A DNA stretch of 63,193 nt, filler included, from Octopus bimaculoides (GCF_001194135.2; 8 parts of 8 records of this genome joined end to end with filler, not necessarily neighbours in it); one strand, 5' to 3'. Positions 11,425-24,824 are shown, counted from the whole stretch's first letter. The notes: generated from the sequence alone by a model not told the origin. Numbers and translations: made by a program.

Positions 11425-14400
11425 AATGAGTGCAGTGGAATCTCTGTCAGATTGAAGGAGAACCAGGATATCAGATTTGATAGATTTATTGGAGAAGAAA
11501 ACAATAGATACAGTAGAATTTTTATCAAACTGGCAGAGAACCAAGGCATCACATGTAATAGATTTATTGAAGGTAGCTATAGGTGCAATGGAATGACTGG
11601 CAGAATAACAGAGAACCAGGGTTTTGGATGTGATAGATATTGAAACTAACAGTGTACAGAATGCAATCTCTGGCAGATTAACAGAAAACCAGGTCTTCAG
11701 ATATGATACATGTATTGGAGTAGACAGCTGTTAGTTCAGTGGAATGTCTGACTGGCCAACAGAGAACCAGAGCTTCAAATATGATAGATCTATTGCAGAA
11801 GATAGTAGTAGAAATAGTGGAATCTCAAGCAAATTGAGAGAGAAACAGGTATTGAGATTGATAGATGTATTGGAAACAATAGAAATAGATACATTGATAG
11901 AATACCAGAGCTTCAGATATGATAGATTTTTCTGGAGAATAAAGAAGTAGACACAATCAAATCTCTGGTAGAGTGAGAGAACTAACTCTTCAGGTATAAT
12001 AGATATATTGAAGAACACAGCAGGAGATAGGGTGGAATATTTGCCTGACTGACAGAAAATCAGGACTTTTGCTGGGATGGATTTATTGGAGACAACAGCA
12101 GTCAGTACTGTGGAATCTTTGGAAATCTCAAAGAACCAGAGCCTCAGATATATATTTACTGCAGAAGATAGTAGGAGGTATGATAGAATCTTTGACATTA
12201 TGGTAGAGAATCAAGTCTTCAGAAGTGATAGCTGTATTGCATCATATAGTAGAAGATACAATATAGTCATTGGCAGGCTGACAGAGAGTCAGACCTTCAC
12301 ATAATAGATATAGAAGATAGCAGTGTACATATTAGAATCTCTGGCAGACAGCAAGAGAACAAGGGATTGAGATGTGATAACTGCTCTTAGAAAGACAGTA
12401 GTAAGTTTAGTGGTATCTTTGGTAGAGTGAAGGAGAACAAGGGCTTCAGATGTGAAAGATGTATTGGAGAAGACAGCAGTAGATAGAGTGAAATCTTTGG
12501 CAAACTAACAGAGAACTAGGACTTCAGATGTGAAGATTTATTGGAAAAGATAGCAATAGATAGAGTGGAATATTTGCTAGACTATCAGAAAATCACAGAT
12601 TTTTGGAGAAAACAGCAGTAGATACAGTGGAATCTTTGCAGATGAACAGAAATCAAGATTTCGGTGACAGATTTATTAGAGAATATAGTTACAGGTATAG
12701 TGGAATCCTGGCAGACAACTAAGAGCCAGGACTTTAGATGTGATAGATATAGGAGAAGACAGCAATAGGTACAGTGGGATCTCTAGAAAATTGAAGGAGT
12801 AATCAGGACTTGAGATGTGATGGATATGGGAGAAGACAGTAGAATGGAATCTCCGGCAGACAGAGAGGGAACCAGGGATTGAAATGTGATAATTATACTT
12901 GGGAAGACAGCAAAAGTGTAATGGTATCTTTGGCAAACTGACAGAAAACAAGGGCTTCAAAAGTGAAAGATGTATTAGAGAAGATAAGAAAATCTACAGA
13001 GAAATTTTAGGCAGACAAACAGAGCGCTAGTGCTTCAGACATGTTAGATATATTGTAAAAAGATAACTGCAGATGGAATAGATCATTTATCAGATAAAAA
13101 GAGAACCAGGATTTCAGATATAAAAGGCTAAATGGAGAATAAAGCAGTAGATAATGTGGAATTTCTAGCAGAAAGAGAACGAACAAGGTCTTCAAATGTG
13201 ATAGGTATAGATGAAGATATCATTGTGTATGCTGATATCTCTGTCAGATTGACAGAGGTGTGATACATAGAGGAGAATATAGTAATGGGTACAGTAGAAT
13301 CTCTGGCAAAATGACAGAGAATGAGGGTTTCAGATGTGATGGATATGGAGGTACAATGGAAGTCATAGGTACAATGGAATCCCTAAAAGACTGATAGAGA
13401 ACTGGGACTTTAGAAGTGGTAGCAGTGGATATAATGAAATCTCTGGCTGACTGGCTGAGTATCAGGGCTTCAGATGTGATAGATTTGTTGGAGCAGATGG
13501 CACTAGCTCCGGCTGAATATTTGGCAAATTAACAGTGTACTAGGACTTCAGATGGGGTAGATATATTGGAGAAGATATTGATAGGTACAGTACAATCTCT
13601 AGCAGACTGACTGAGGAGCAGTGCTTCAGATGTGATTGATCTATTAAAGATAATGGTATGTACAGAGGAATTTCTGTCACCCAGGCAGAGGACAAGGGCA
13701 TCAAACATAATAGATTTTTTGGAGAAGATAGCTGTAGATAAGGTGGAATCTCTTGCAGAAGTCAAAGTGCCAGAGCTTTAAGTGTATTAGATATGGGTGA
13801 ATATAACGATAGGTGTAGTAGTGTCTCTGACAGACAGACACTTAGGGCTTCAGATGTGATAGTTGCATAGGAGGACATATAAATGTTACCGTAGAATCCC
13901 TGGTAGACACTACAGAGGATCATCTTTATTTGAAAAGACAGCAGTAGACCCAATAGAAGCTCTAATAGACTGATTAAGACCCAGGTCACAGATGTGATAG
14001 ATATGGGAGAAGACAGCAATGGATACAGTGGAGATTTATTGGAGAAAATAGCAGCAGGTACAGAGGAATCTCTGGCAGACTTTCAGAGTATCAAGAATTC
14101 TGATGTGATAGATTTCTTGGAGAAAATAGCAGTGGATACAGTGAAGTCTCTAGCCAACTAACAGAGAACTTGTACTTCAAAAGGCAGATTTATCAGAGAA
14201 GACAGCAGCAGATACAGTAGAGTCTTTGGAAAACTAATAGTAAGTCCTGCCTTCAAATGTAATAGATTTATTGGAGAATATAGCAGAAGATACAGTGCAG
14301 TTTCTGACACATAGAACATCAGAGCTTTAGATATAATGAATATAGTATAAGATAGCATAGGCAGAGTGGAATGACAGGTAGACTCACAGAGAACCAGGGT

Positions 14401-14950
14401 GTCAAATGTGTTACATATACAAGATAACAGTGGAGTTACTGGTAGACTACCAGAGAACCAGGACTTCAGATGCGTTAAATTTCTTCGAGAAAATAGCAAA
14501 GAGTACAGTGGAAATTCTGGCAGAGTGACAGAGTAACAGGGCTTGAGATGTGATAGATTTGTTGGAGTAGACAGCACTAGATACAGTGGAATCTTTGGCA
14601 AACTATCAGAGTACTACAGCTTTAGATGTGATAGATTTATTGGAGAAGATATAGGTAGATGCAGTGCAATCTCTGGCAGACTGACAGAGGAGCAGAGCCT
14701 CAAATGTGATTGATCTATAGGAGATAGCAATACATGCAGTGAAATCTCTGTTAGATGGAAAGAGAACCAGAACTTCAGATTAGGGCTTCATTTAGGATAG
14801 ATTTATGTGGTACATATGTGTGGGTACAGTGGAATTTTCGTTAGTATCTACAGAAGACTAATGCTTCAAATGTGATAGCACAACTTGAGAAGATGGGAGT
14901 AAGTACAGTGAGGTTTCTGATGCGATAAATTTACAGGAAAGATAGCAGTA
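11425..14950. repeat. Degenerate 78-bp tandem array, roughly 45 units
   Basis: Recurring unit approximating GAGAACCAGGACTTCAGATGTGATAGATTTATTGGAGAAGACAGCAGTAGATACAGTGGAATCTCTGGCAGACTGACA, with substitutions and occasional shortened units. Confidence 0.92.
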
Positions 14951-15084
14951 AGGGTATTTATGAAACAAGCTTTATAAGTTATTGTTGACTTATTAGCCAT
15001 ATTGAAAGTCTCTATTATCTTGGACATCTAATTATTGTTACAGGTTGAGTAGTGATATTCAATAGTAGCTAAAATATTGAAAGG

Positions 15085-15180
15085 AAGAAGGTTACTTAAC
15101 TGGTACCTATGTGATCAAGTTAGTAGTGGAGGTTGTCACTGGGATGGTATAGTATGCTGAGTAAGGAATGGAAGGAACAA
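15085..15180 (+). mobile_element. RTE-type LINE fragment (old)
   Basis: TACCTATGTGATCAAGTTAGTAGTGGAGGTTGT = YLCDQVSSGGC, comparable to YLADRVSNGGWGC in the RTE at 58237-59290. Confidence 0.5.
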
Positions 15181-15639
15181 CACCCAGAATCTGTTACATA
15201 AGTGAAAAAATTAATGTTAGAGGTTGTTGTAGTGAGAGTATAGCAACCAGGGTATTTAGTGCTCCAAACTAGACCTACAATGTTTTACCTAATTTCCAAT
15301 GTTCTCCACCCATCACCTTCAGGTGAAAAATGCAGTAAAAAACATTAACTCGGGAACAAAAATTGTATAGTTTTATGATCATATGTATTATTAAATAAAT
15401 CAGTTCTGTGAAAACAAATTGAAATATTTCATATCAAATCATGTGCCTGCTTCGCAATGGTCTTTAGACCTCTGTTCCAGGAAGTGTCCTCTCTTTGCTT
15501 TTAAGTTTTTATATTTTTAGTAGGAGTAAGAGATTTGTTGAGAATATGTGTGGTACCACCAGGTTTTAGCATCCTAGTAGATGGTCTAGTGTACGCAATA
15601 CATACCACTAGGCCTAATAATAAAGTACATAGAGTAAGG

Positions 15640-15841
15640 AAAAGAGGGAAAAAGTTTAAGGAACGGTAATCTCCATAAATAACGAATGGTTTCTCTTTCC
15701 ATTCAAAAGTCAGAATGCATAAAATATGTGAAAGAATTGTGATGCTACATGGTAGTGAGATATGGGGTGTTTAATATATAAGATGTTGGAGCATGGAGAA
15801 AAATGAAGTGAGCATAATCTGTTGTGTGTGCATGTGTGTGT

Positions 15842-15887
<46 letters not shown>

Positions 15888-16100
15888 TTCGGTATTAAAG
15901 ACATCAAATGAAGTGTACAGAAGAGATGACTGTAATAGTATTGAGAGATGTGATATGGTTGGACAATGAGTGCTGAGTGAGAAAGTGGTGTATACTGATG
16001 GCAGAAGGTATGTGTAAAAGTAAACGATTGAAGAAGGTTTGTGAAGAAGTAAGGAGGTCAGAACTCAAGACACTGAGTCTCACAGGGTGTTATGTTATAT
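15640..16100 (+). mobile_element. RTE-type LINE RT C-terminal fragment interrupted by (GA)n
   Basis: VMLHGSEIWGV..MEKNEVS..CCVC and AEGMCKSKRLKKVCEEVRRSELKTLSLT parallel AMLHGSKTWAV..NEAS and VEGSCGRGRLRKTWDEVV..DLRTLGLT in the copy at 58-59 kb. Confidence 0.7.
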
Positions 16101-16224
16101 CGTAAACCTATCTTGGACGTGACAACATAAATAAACTGATGATGATGACGGCTGTAATGATGAGAATTACAATAATAATGATAATGATGATAGTTGTACA
16201 CACACACACGCACACACACACACA

Positions 16225-16262
<38 letters not shown>

Positions 16263-16760
16263 NNNNNNNNNNNNNNNNNNNNNNNNNNNNNNNNNNNNNN
16301 NNNNNNNNNNNNNNNNNNNNNNNNNNNNNNNNNNNNNNNNNNNNNNNNNNNNNNNNNNNNNNNNNNNNNNNNNNNNNNNNNNNNNNNNNNNNNNNNNNNN
16401 NNNNNNNNNNNNNNNNNNNNNNNNNNNNNNNNNNNNNNNNNNNNNNNNNNNNNNNNNNNNNNNNNNNNNNNNNNNNNNNNNNNNNNNNNNNNNNNNNNNN
16501 NNNNNNNNNNNNNNNNNNNNNNNNNNNNNNNNNNNNNNNNNNNNNNNNNNNNNNNNNNNNNNNNNNNNNNNNNNNNNNNNNNNNNNNNNNNNNNNNNNNN
16601 NNNNNNNNNNNNNNNNNNNNNNNNNNNNNNNNNNNNNNNNNNNNNNNNNNNNNNNNNNNNNNNNNNNNNNNNNNNNNNNNNNNNNNNNNNNNNNNNNNNN
16701 NNNNNNNNNNNNNNNNNNNNNNNNNNNNNNNNNNNNNNNNNNNNNNNNNNNNNNNNNNNN

Positions 16761-16795
<35 letters not shown>

Positions 16796-17039
16796 CTATA
16801 TATGTGTATATTTACACACATACACATATATAGTTTCTTGATGCATTTTTTCTTCATCTTTTTCTTCTTTGTATTCCCCTCCACCATTCACTCTCTGACC
16901 ACAAACCCCTTCTCTTTCTCCTCCTTCATGCGCCTCAAATCTTTCCCCTCTTTCTCAATTTGATCTGTGATCATTTAACAGCCAAATCCTTTTATATCGT
17001 TTGGCTCCTGTTGATACCACCACCCCTTTTATATCGGTT

Positions 17040-17650
17040 GGCTCCTGTTGATACCACCTCCACAATTATTACTACTATTGTAACTACTACTACCACCATC
17101 ACAATTGCCACTACCACTATCCCCATAGCTATTGATACTACTATAACCACCACCACCACCACCACCACCACTACTACTATAAACAGCACTATCACCACCA
17201 CCATCTCCGCTGTCACCTATATTACAATATCTAATACTACCGACCTCACCTCTATAACCAACACTACTATAATAATTACAACTACCACACCCCCACCAGC
17301 TCCCCAATCATCACAACTATAGCTACTACTACCACCTCCACAATTACTACTACAACTATAACCATCACTACCACTGCTACCCCCGCACTCACCTTTACTA
17401 TAACTGATAGTATAACCACCATCACGACTACCTTCACTATTGCCTCTGCTATAACTACTGCTACCGACACTGTCACCACCACTGCCTACAAGTATAACAA
17501 TAATGATGACGACAACCACCGCCACCACCACCACCACCGCCACCGCCATCACCACTGCTATGCGTTTTACAACCACTGCTATCCATACTGTCACTACAGC
17601 TGCTACTACAACTGGCACAACTACTACCACTGCTACTTTCTCAGTGCTAT
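17040..17650. repeat. Cryptic (ACT/ACC)n trinucleotide low-complexity tract
   Basis: Interleaved ACT/ACC/ATC triplets; the Thr-rich and Val-rich ORFs on both strands are by-products. Confidence 0.85.
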
Positions 17651-17884
17651 CAATCACTTGAGGATGCTGGATAGCAGAAGAGAACAAGAGGCAAGAGGTG
17701 AGAGAGTGAGTGTATATATACTGCAGCAGTGGAAATGGCTGGAAGAAGGAAAAAAACACATGTTTCGATAGATAATCAAGCACTGTTTAGATCTTGATAT
17801 ACTGATTAGGTCTGTATACATTATATAGCCTAGATACCTGTATAATAATATATAAACTATTATTATAAAAGCACTCCATATCTC

Positions 17885-17967
<83 letters not shown>

Positions 17968-18136
17968 NNNNNNNNNNATACATATATATACATATATATA
18001 TATATATATAATATACATACATACATACATATATTGTATATAGATCAATCTATACTGTCCAGGTCTAAATATCATTTAGCCTATATATCTTTTACTAATT
18101 ATATACACTGTACAAACTACATCTCTCTCTCTGTGC

Positions 18137-18187
<51 letters not shown>

Positions 18188-19924
18188 ACATACACTGAGG
18201 GATTATATAAACTGATTGACTGACAGATATACAGATATCAATAGAAGTGCATTAATATTCAAACAAAACAAACAAGAAAGCCCCACCAGCATCACTACTG
18301 TCTACAGCTGGTTGTTGGAAAGTTGGATTTATAAAACTGCTGAACCAAAACTTCCCTAATATCTGAACCTCACCTGGAACTTGGAGCAGTTAACAAGTCA
18401 ATCTTGGTAGCAAATTTGTTTAATTTTTATTTCGTTTTGATTATTTACCAGTATTGATGAAGAAATATGAACAGGTTAGGGGTGCTGGTTAGAGAATACC
18501 TAAAATCTTGAGAAATGGACCACAATAATATTCAAACCCGAACAGAAAATGGTGGGGCACTAGAGAAGAGTTAAAAAGGAAAAAAAAAAAAAAAACTGCT
18601 GCAAATTTCATTTGGGTCATTCTTTACATATTCTGCGTTGAAACCTCTCGGCAACAAGATATCTTTATTTTTCTCTAATTTTACCTTTGAATTTGGAATA
18701 TATTGGAAGAAAGAAAAAAGAAAGAAACAAAAATAACAAGGTAGGAAAAATCGGAGAAAATACATTAAATACACTGAAGAAGGTAAAACAACAACAGTAA
18801 CAAAAGAGTAAGACAAATTGTCAAAGGAAGAAAGAAAGGAAGTCTGATCATCAAGTACTATTGAATATGTAAGTACATGTTGGAGACTTTTTTGTAGTAT
18901 TGTCTGACTTGTGTATTCTTTCTTGCCTGTTATGACAACTGTATCTCTCAGCTCTTGTGTGTAACACAAGGAGGGAGAGAGAGAGAGGCAGAAAAGCAGC
19001 CTATACTCTCCTTTTCTCTGCTAGTTTTCTTCATCTTCCCCTTCTCCTTGCCTCTCCTCTTTACATGCACATGCACACATATACACACATACAAACATAC
19101 ATGCATAATTACAGATAAATGTACACCAGTATGCATACTCTAATAGAATTGATATGTCAAAATAATAACAACAACAACAACAATAACAACAAAGATTTCT
19201 TAATGATACCACAATGTTTAATGCTTATCATTGAAATTGCCGTGTTTTGAACTGGACATTATAGTTGGAATAATAATAATAATAATAATAGGAAAAATGA
19301 TAATGATGATGGGAGGGGGAAGTGGCTGTTGGAGGTGGTGATGGTGATATCCTCATCCAATTTTTCTTGTATTTTGTTATTCTAGATGCTCTTCCTTCTC
19401 TCACTTTATTAAGACATGGCTATAATTACTACATTGATTTATTTCATAAGCTAATGTTACACAAACTATTACACGCAATGATTCAACTTATTCTATCAAT
19501 TTTCTTCAAATTTCAATCAAATAACCTTCTAAAGGAAGTTAATTTAGAGTAGTCATAAATGGAAGATGTCACCACAGACTCCTCTGTTTTACCGTTGATT
19601 AACTTTGCTTAGATGTTTCAAATCAAATCATTTTCTGAAGTATGAAATGTACTGATATCACATATACCAAATTTATTCAAATATTTCTCCAAAGGAAGTC
19701 AATTAACAGTCATTATGGGTACACTAGGACATCGTCACAGATATCATCTGCTGTTGTTTGTTTTGATTAGAATCTTTTGTGTCAGGTCCCTAAACTAAAC
19801 TAATATATAGATACACTAACACACACATATATACATTGACACACACCTATAAACACACACAAATATATATCTATAAATGCATATACATATGTATTTGCAT
19901 ATATATATGTCGTTGTCGTGGTTA

Positions 19925-20035
19925 TCATCATCATCACCATCATCATTTTAACATCGGCTTTTCTGTTCTCACATGGGTCATATGGAATTTACTGAAGCAG
20001 ATTCTTTATAGCTGGATGCCTCTCCTATTGCCAAG
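19925..20035 (-). mobile_element. RTE 3'-UTR-like repeat (family D) fragment
   Basis: CATCATCATTTTAACATCGGCTTTTC...TATAGCTGGATGCC matches the family at 54609 and 58237. Confidence 0.55.
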
Positions 20036-20104
20036 AATATACACATTATACATGTATATGTGTATGTAAGCACACAAACACACACACACACATACACACA
20101 TACA

Positions 20105-20265
20105 GGTGCAGGTGTGGCTGTGTGGTAAGAAGCTTACTTCCCAACCACATGGTTCTGGGTTCAGCTTTGCTACATGGCGACTTGGGCAAGTGTCTTCTAC
20201 TATAGTCTTGGGTTGACCAAAACCTTATGAGTGAATTTGCTAGATAGAAACTGAAAGAAGCCCAT
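20105..20265 (+). mobile_element. tRNA-head SINE family A (5' half)
   Basis: GGTGTGGCTGTGTGGTAAGAAGCTTACTTCCCAACCACATGGTTCTGGGTTCAG...CTTGGGCAAGTGTCTTCTACTATAG; same family as 21643 and 60008. Confidence 0.85.
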
Positions 20266-21089
20266 TATATATATCTGTGTGTGTGTGTGTGTCAGAGACA
20301 GAGAAAGAGAGAGAGAGAAGGAGAGTGTATATNNNNNNNNNNNNNNNNNNNNNNNNNNNNNNNNNNNNNNNNNNNNTTAATTAATTAANNNNNNNNNNNN
20401 NNNNNNNNNNNNNNNNNNNNNNNNNNNNNNNNATATACATATATATATATATATATGATTGCTCACCATGAATCCTATTATCAAAGTCTAACACTCGCAA
20501 GTTCTTATATAAACGTGTGCCTTTTTCCAGTGAAAAAGAGATAGACTTGGTCAACACCCTTCAAACTTTACCAACAATAAAATTCAAACCCTTCGTTAGT
20601 AAATATCACTCAATCATAAATATTGATAGCAATATCGAAACGAGACACTGCCAGACTCTTGTATAAACGTTTACAAAATTATTTAAAAAATAAAAACTTT
20701 TACGACATTAATTAGTTTAGCACATAAATTCAATAAGCAATATCAGGAATATTAAAAATGTTTTAAAAACACAACTAAACAACATGTAAACACACGAACA
20801 TATTCGTCAACAAAATACATAATTAAACAGTTATCAATATTGAGCAAAACGTATTATTCAATAAGTTTCACAGCAATAGGAAATTATGAAAGTTCAAATG
20901 TTTGATAAATTTCTTAGCAGTAATACATGATAGAAATTTGTAAGTTCAATAAGTTTCAAAGCAATAAATTAAATTAGCAATTAGGAAACGATGAAGAATT
21001 TAAAGTTTATGAACAAGTTTTTTACAAGTTCTGTCGTTTTTTGAGAAGGAAAATTGTTCATCGTTTATTTTAGTGGTGGAACTTGAACC

Positions 21090-21630
21090 ATGTTTCCAGT
21101 AGATATCGCTTAATTTATCTTGGCTTTAAAACATCTATTTATGCCCACCTTAAAACCTGTGGAAAACATAGACTTAGTAACTTTATAAATATACTCCTAA
21201 AATCTATTATTAAACTTATACTGTGCTTCATAACACTTCTAAACCATTTCCCGAGTAAAACCAATACAGACACTCATTTTGTATCATTTGATGCTGTAAA
21301 TCTCTATACCACGATTGCTCACAAAAATGGAATAGAAGCCATACTACTTTGTCCGGAAATATTTCCAAACGACTGAATGAATTGAGAAAATTATTATCAT
21401 TGAAAGATTAAAGTTTATCTTACAAATAAATTTTTCAATTTCAACGTAAGCATCTACAGACAAATTTCTGTGACTGCAATGGGAACGAAAGTAGTCCCCA
21501 TGTAAGCTGATCATTTTATGGCATACTTAGAAGTCCAAATATCCGATCGCTTCAGATCACTTCCATTATTTTATCCAAGAATCAATTCCTTTATAGAATT
21601 TGTTTTCGTTTTTAAATAATTGTCAACCGT
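21090..21630 (+). mobile_element. Old Penelope-like RT remnant
   Basis: HFVSFDAVNLYTTIAHKNGIEAI, then FFNFNVSIYRQISVTAMGTKVVPM*ADHFMAYLEV; interrupted downstream by a SINE. Confidence 0.8.
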
Positions 21631-21642
21631 GGTTGTGTTATA

Positions 21643-21965
21643 GGCGCAGGCATGGCTGTGTGGTAAGAAGCTTGCTTCCCAACCACATGGTTCCGGGTTC
21701 AGTCCCACTGCGTAGAACCTTGGGTAAGTGTCTACTACTATAGCCTCGGACAGACCAAAGCCTTGTGAGTGCATTTGGTAGACGGAAGCTGAAAGAAGCC
21801 CGTCGTATATGTGTGTTTGTTTCCCCCCTCGCTTGACAACCGATGTTGGTGTGTTTATGCCCTCGAAACTTAGCGGTTCGGCAAAAGAGACTGATAAAAT
21901 AAGTACCAGGCTTACAAAGAATAAGTTCCAGCATGGTCGCAGTAAAATACTGAAACAAATAAAAG
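21643..21965 (+). mobile_element. SINE family A, near full length
   Basis: A-box/B-box-like head (TGGCTGTGTGG; GGTTCAGTCC), central TG tract, tail ...CCAGCATGGTCGCAG...CTGAAACAAATAAAAGA. Confidence 0.9.
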
Positions 21966-22099
21966 AATCAAATAATTACGAACTCTTTCTGCTATTTGAT
22001 ATCGATACCATTAATCTGGAGTAGAATCAAACATGGCGCCTAAACATTTGACTTTATGGATTCTCTGTGGCGGACAAAGGAAACGCCAACTGAAATATA

Positions 22100-22680
22100 T
22101 TCCTTCTATTCTTAGGGGGATGACTATGATATTTTTGCTGGGTTCTTTTTCACGTTACTGAGCTGTTCTTTCATGACAAGACCAAATTTTGTCGACAATT
22201 TTCTTTTTGAATAACTACTCTCTGCCTAAATTTCTGAAGTCGCTTTTCTCTTTCTCTCTCTTTGTAATTTCTTGTGGCTTCATAATGCAAAGCTTTTGAA
22301 TTACTAAAGGCGCTTTGCAAAGAAAAATTCCGTGGAGAAGATCTCACCATTTTTTTTTTTTTTTCTGATACAATTTCAGCTTGGAGCTCTCTATTTCACC
22401 GATTCCTGTATTTTCTAAAAGATTTCTTTCCATTTCGTTCTGTTACACGCAGCAGTATTGATTTTTCTGATTTTGGCCTATTGTCGGATACTAAACATTT
22501 CTGGCAATTTTCAAAGATGGAATCCGTTTTCTTGTTCCATTGAACACTGATTGGCATTTCGTGAAAATTGTGAACAGCTAAAGCAAAATCCTACTTTCTT
22601 CTCCAGTGAATAAACAAGCCACGAACTTCTTCGTTTCTCCAACTTTAAAACCGTCTTTCATTAAAGTAGCAACCATTGTT
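22100..22680 (-). mobile_element. Possible decayed pogo/Tigger-like transposase N-terminus
   Basis: Minus-strand ...KKKNGEIFSTEFFFAKRL..FK and ...KFGLVMK weakly resemble the CENP-B HTH; many stops. Confidence 0.3.
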
Positions 22681-23060
22681 TTGTTTTTTATTTCCTATTT
22701 TTCAACTAAAGAAATACTTCTAACTCTATGCAGACATTTCTGACTAAGGGGTATCAATACACCAAATTTTAAAATGTTCACTAAACTTTAAAATTTTCAC
22801 AGATGCAGCCAAACAGAAAAGGTCCGCTTATTAAATTATTCTAAACACTTACACGCTTGACAAAACACATAAACAAACTTGACCGATGTCCAAAGACCAA
22901 TGCACACAAATACACACACGCTCGCGTGCGCGAGCACACAAGTACACAGACACCATGAAATATAAAATAAATAGAAATGTTATTAGCGACAGAAGCTATA
23001 TTAGTTCAAACTAGCATTCTGTATATCTTGCTCAACGTAGAAAGTCAGATAACTGCAATT

Positions 23061-23134
23061 TTCGTCTCGAGAAAGCATCTTGTATGGTGCCTTTTAGGTC
23101 TGTAGGTCTATACGTGATGCTTTCTCGAAACGAA
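23061..23134. other. ~74-nt hairpin with ~30-bp imperfect stem
   Basis: TTCGTCTCGAGAAAGCATC pairs with GATGCTTTCTCGAAACGAA (1 mismatch); pairing continues inward with G-U pairs. Confidence 0.75.
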
Positions 23135-23703
23135 CACCGCATTTTCTAGAGTACATTCACGTTGAGAAGAAAGTTGAATTGGAATGTAAACACAAATACC
23201 AAAGTTCAACAAAAGAACAATATCAACGAAACTCTCTCTCACCCCCCCCNNNNNNNNNNNNNNNNNNNNNNNNNNNNNNNNNNNNNNNNNNNNNNNNNNN
23301 NNNNNNNNNNNNNNNNNNNNNNNNNNNNNNNNNNNNNNNNNNNNNNNNNNNNNNNNNNNNNNNNNNNNNNNNNNNNNNNNNNNNNNNNNNNNNNNNNNNN
23401 NNNNNNNNNNNNNNNNNNNNNNNNNNNNNNNNNNNNNNNNNNNNNNNNNNNNNNNNNNNNNNNNNNNNNNNNNNNNNNNNNNNNNNNNNNNNNNNNNNNN
23501 NNNNNNNNNNNNNNNNNNNNNNNNNNNNNNNNNNNNNNNNNNNNNNNNNNNNNNNNNNNNNNNNNNNNNNNNNNNNNNNNNNNNNNNNNNNNNNNNNNNN
23601 NNNNNNNNNNNNNNNNNNNNNNNNNNNNNNNNNNNNNNNNNNNNNNNNNNNNNNNNNNNNNNNNNNNNNNNNNNNNNNNNNNNNNNNNNNNNNNNNNNNN
23701 NNN

Positions 23704-23747
<44 letters not shown>

Positions 23748-24824
23748 TCTCTTACATCTCCTGATTACAAACTTTATTTACTCCCCAAGGAAAAATTTAT
23801 TGTTCAAATTTCCTGGATTTGATTTATAATATATGTTGGACAAATTCTTTTTCAAAATGATTTTGTTGTGATAAAAACACACAAACAAAAACAAACAAAA
23901 AAGACACAATTTAAGAATCTAAACAAGAAAAATACGAGCTAAAAAAACTGTTTGTTCTTTGCCATAAAAGATAGTGAAACGTTGCCTTGTAATGTGACTG
24001 AAATTTTATCGAAAAGTTTTAAAATTTGTTATATAAAATCCGAAATACATGATTTATTATTTTACATACATGAGCTGTCTACCCGATTGTCAAGTTGTCA
24101 GATCGGTTGGTCGGTTGTCATGGAAATATCGTAGAATTTAAAAAGAGTTTTCTAGAAACTTCAGCTAAAAAACTTAATTATTTGAAATTTCTTTCTTTCT
24201 GTCTTTATTTCTTTCTGTCTTTATTTCTTTCATTTTCTCGTATTCTTCCCTCATCTGTCTTCAATCACTAAATCTTGTTTTATCGGAGGATGGCAGGTAA
24301 AAGTGAACAGGTATTGATTTTGTGGTTATTATTGCTTAATCCACTGGTCCTATGACGTCAGCTTGTTAAAACTGTGACCATCCCTCTCATCTCGTACAAC
24401 TTTATTCGCTAATGTGATTTTACATTCTTTTTAAATTCCATTTTTTCTCTTTTTCAGAAATTCATCAACTAACATGTCATTTCTTTTATTTAACGACGAT
24501 TGGATGTGATTTCAGACCTATTCGGCTACTGCTTCTAGCATAACGAAAACCCACATAAAGACTTACTTTATACAAATCGATACTGTGAGCTGAAATTCTT
24601 TAGCGCCGAGAAATCAATCAAAAGATTCAAAGGATTGTTCCAGAAGTAATCCAAAAGCAACAGACGTCGTTCAGATCGCATATGTTCATGCAGTGTCTCT
24701 TCCTATATATATTGTAATAGTAAGGCATCTTCCTGTTCTACATTTCAGGCGAATAAGCGATTGAAAGCAACAGCAACGTGCCATCGTCCCCTCGTCTCAT
24801 CGAGTCACCATACCATGGTGCCGT

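Noticed and set aside
11425-14950. 78-bp array as a C2H2 zinc-finger cluster or CRISPR-like array
   Set aside because: The period is not 84 bp, there is no CxxC/HxxxH or TGEKP linker, and there are no unique spacers; the context is eukaryotic.
16108-16963. Long ORFs spanning N-gaps or microsatellites (also at 25.0-26.3, 32.2-33.2, 45.0-45.9, 55.6-56.9 and 61.5-62.8 kb)
   Set aside because: Length comes from X codons and HT/YI/CV/RE dipeptide repeats; no coding evidence.
16960-17783. Mucin-like poly-Thr and Gly/Ser-rich ORFs (similar ones at 41121-41940)
   Set aside because: Explained by trinucleotide simple repeats, which are stop-free in several frames on both strands.
18571-18969. Minus-strand 132-aa ORF and nearby splice-like sites
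   Set aside because: Low-complexity A/T-rich sequence; several alternative exon readings, none favoured and none recognisable.
20105-20180. tRNA-like A/B boxes here and at other SINE heads as tRNA genes
   Set aside because: They continue into SINE bodies and do not form complete cloverleaves.
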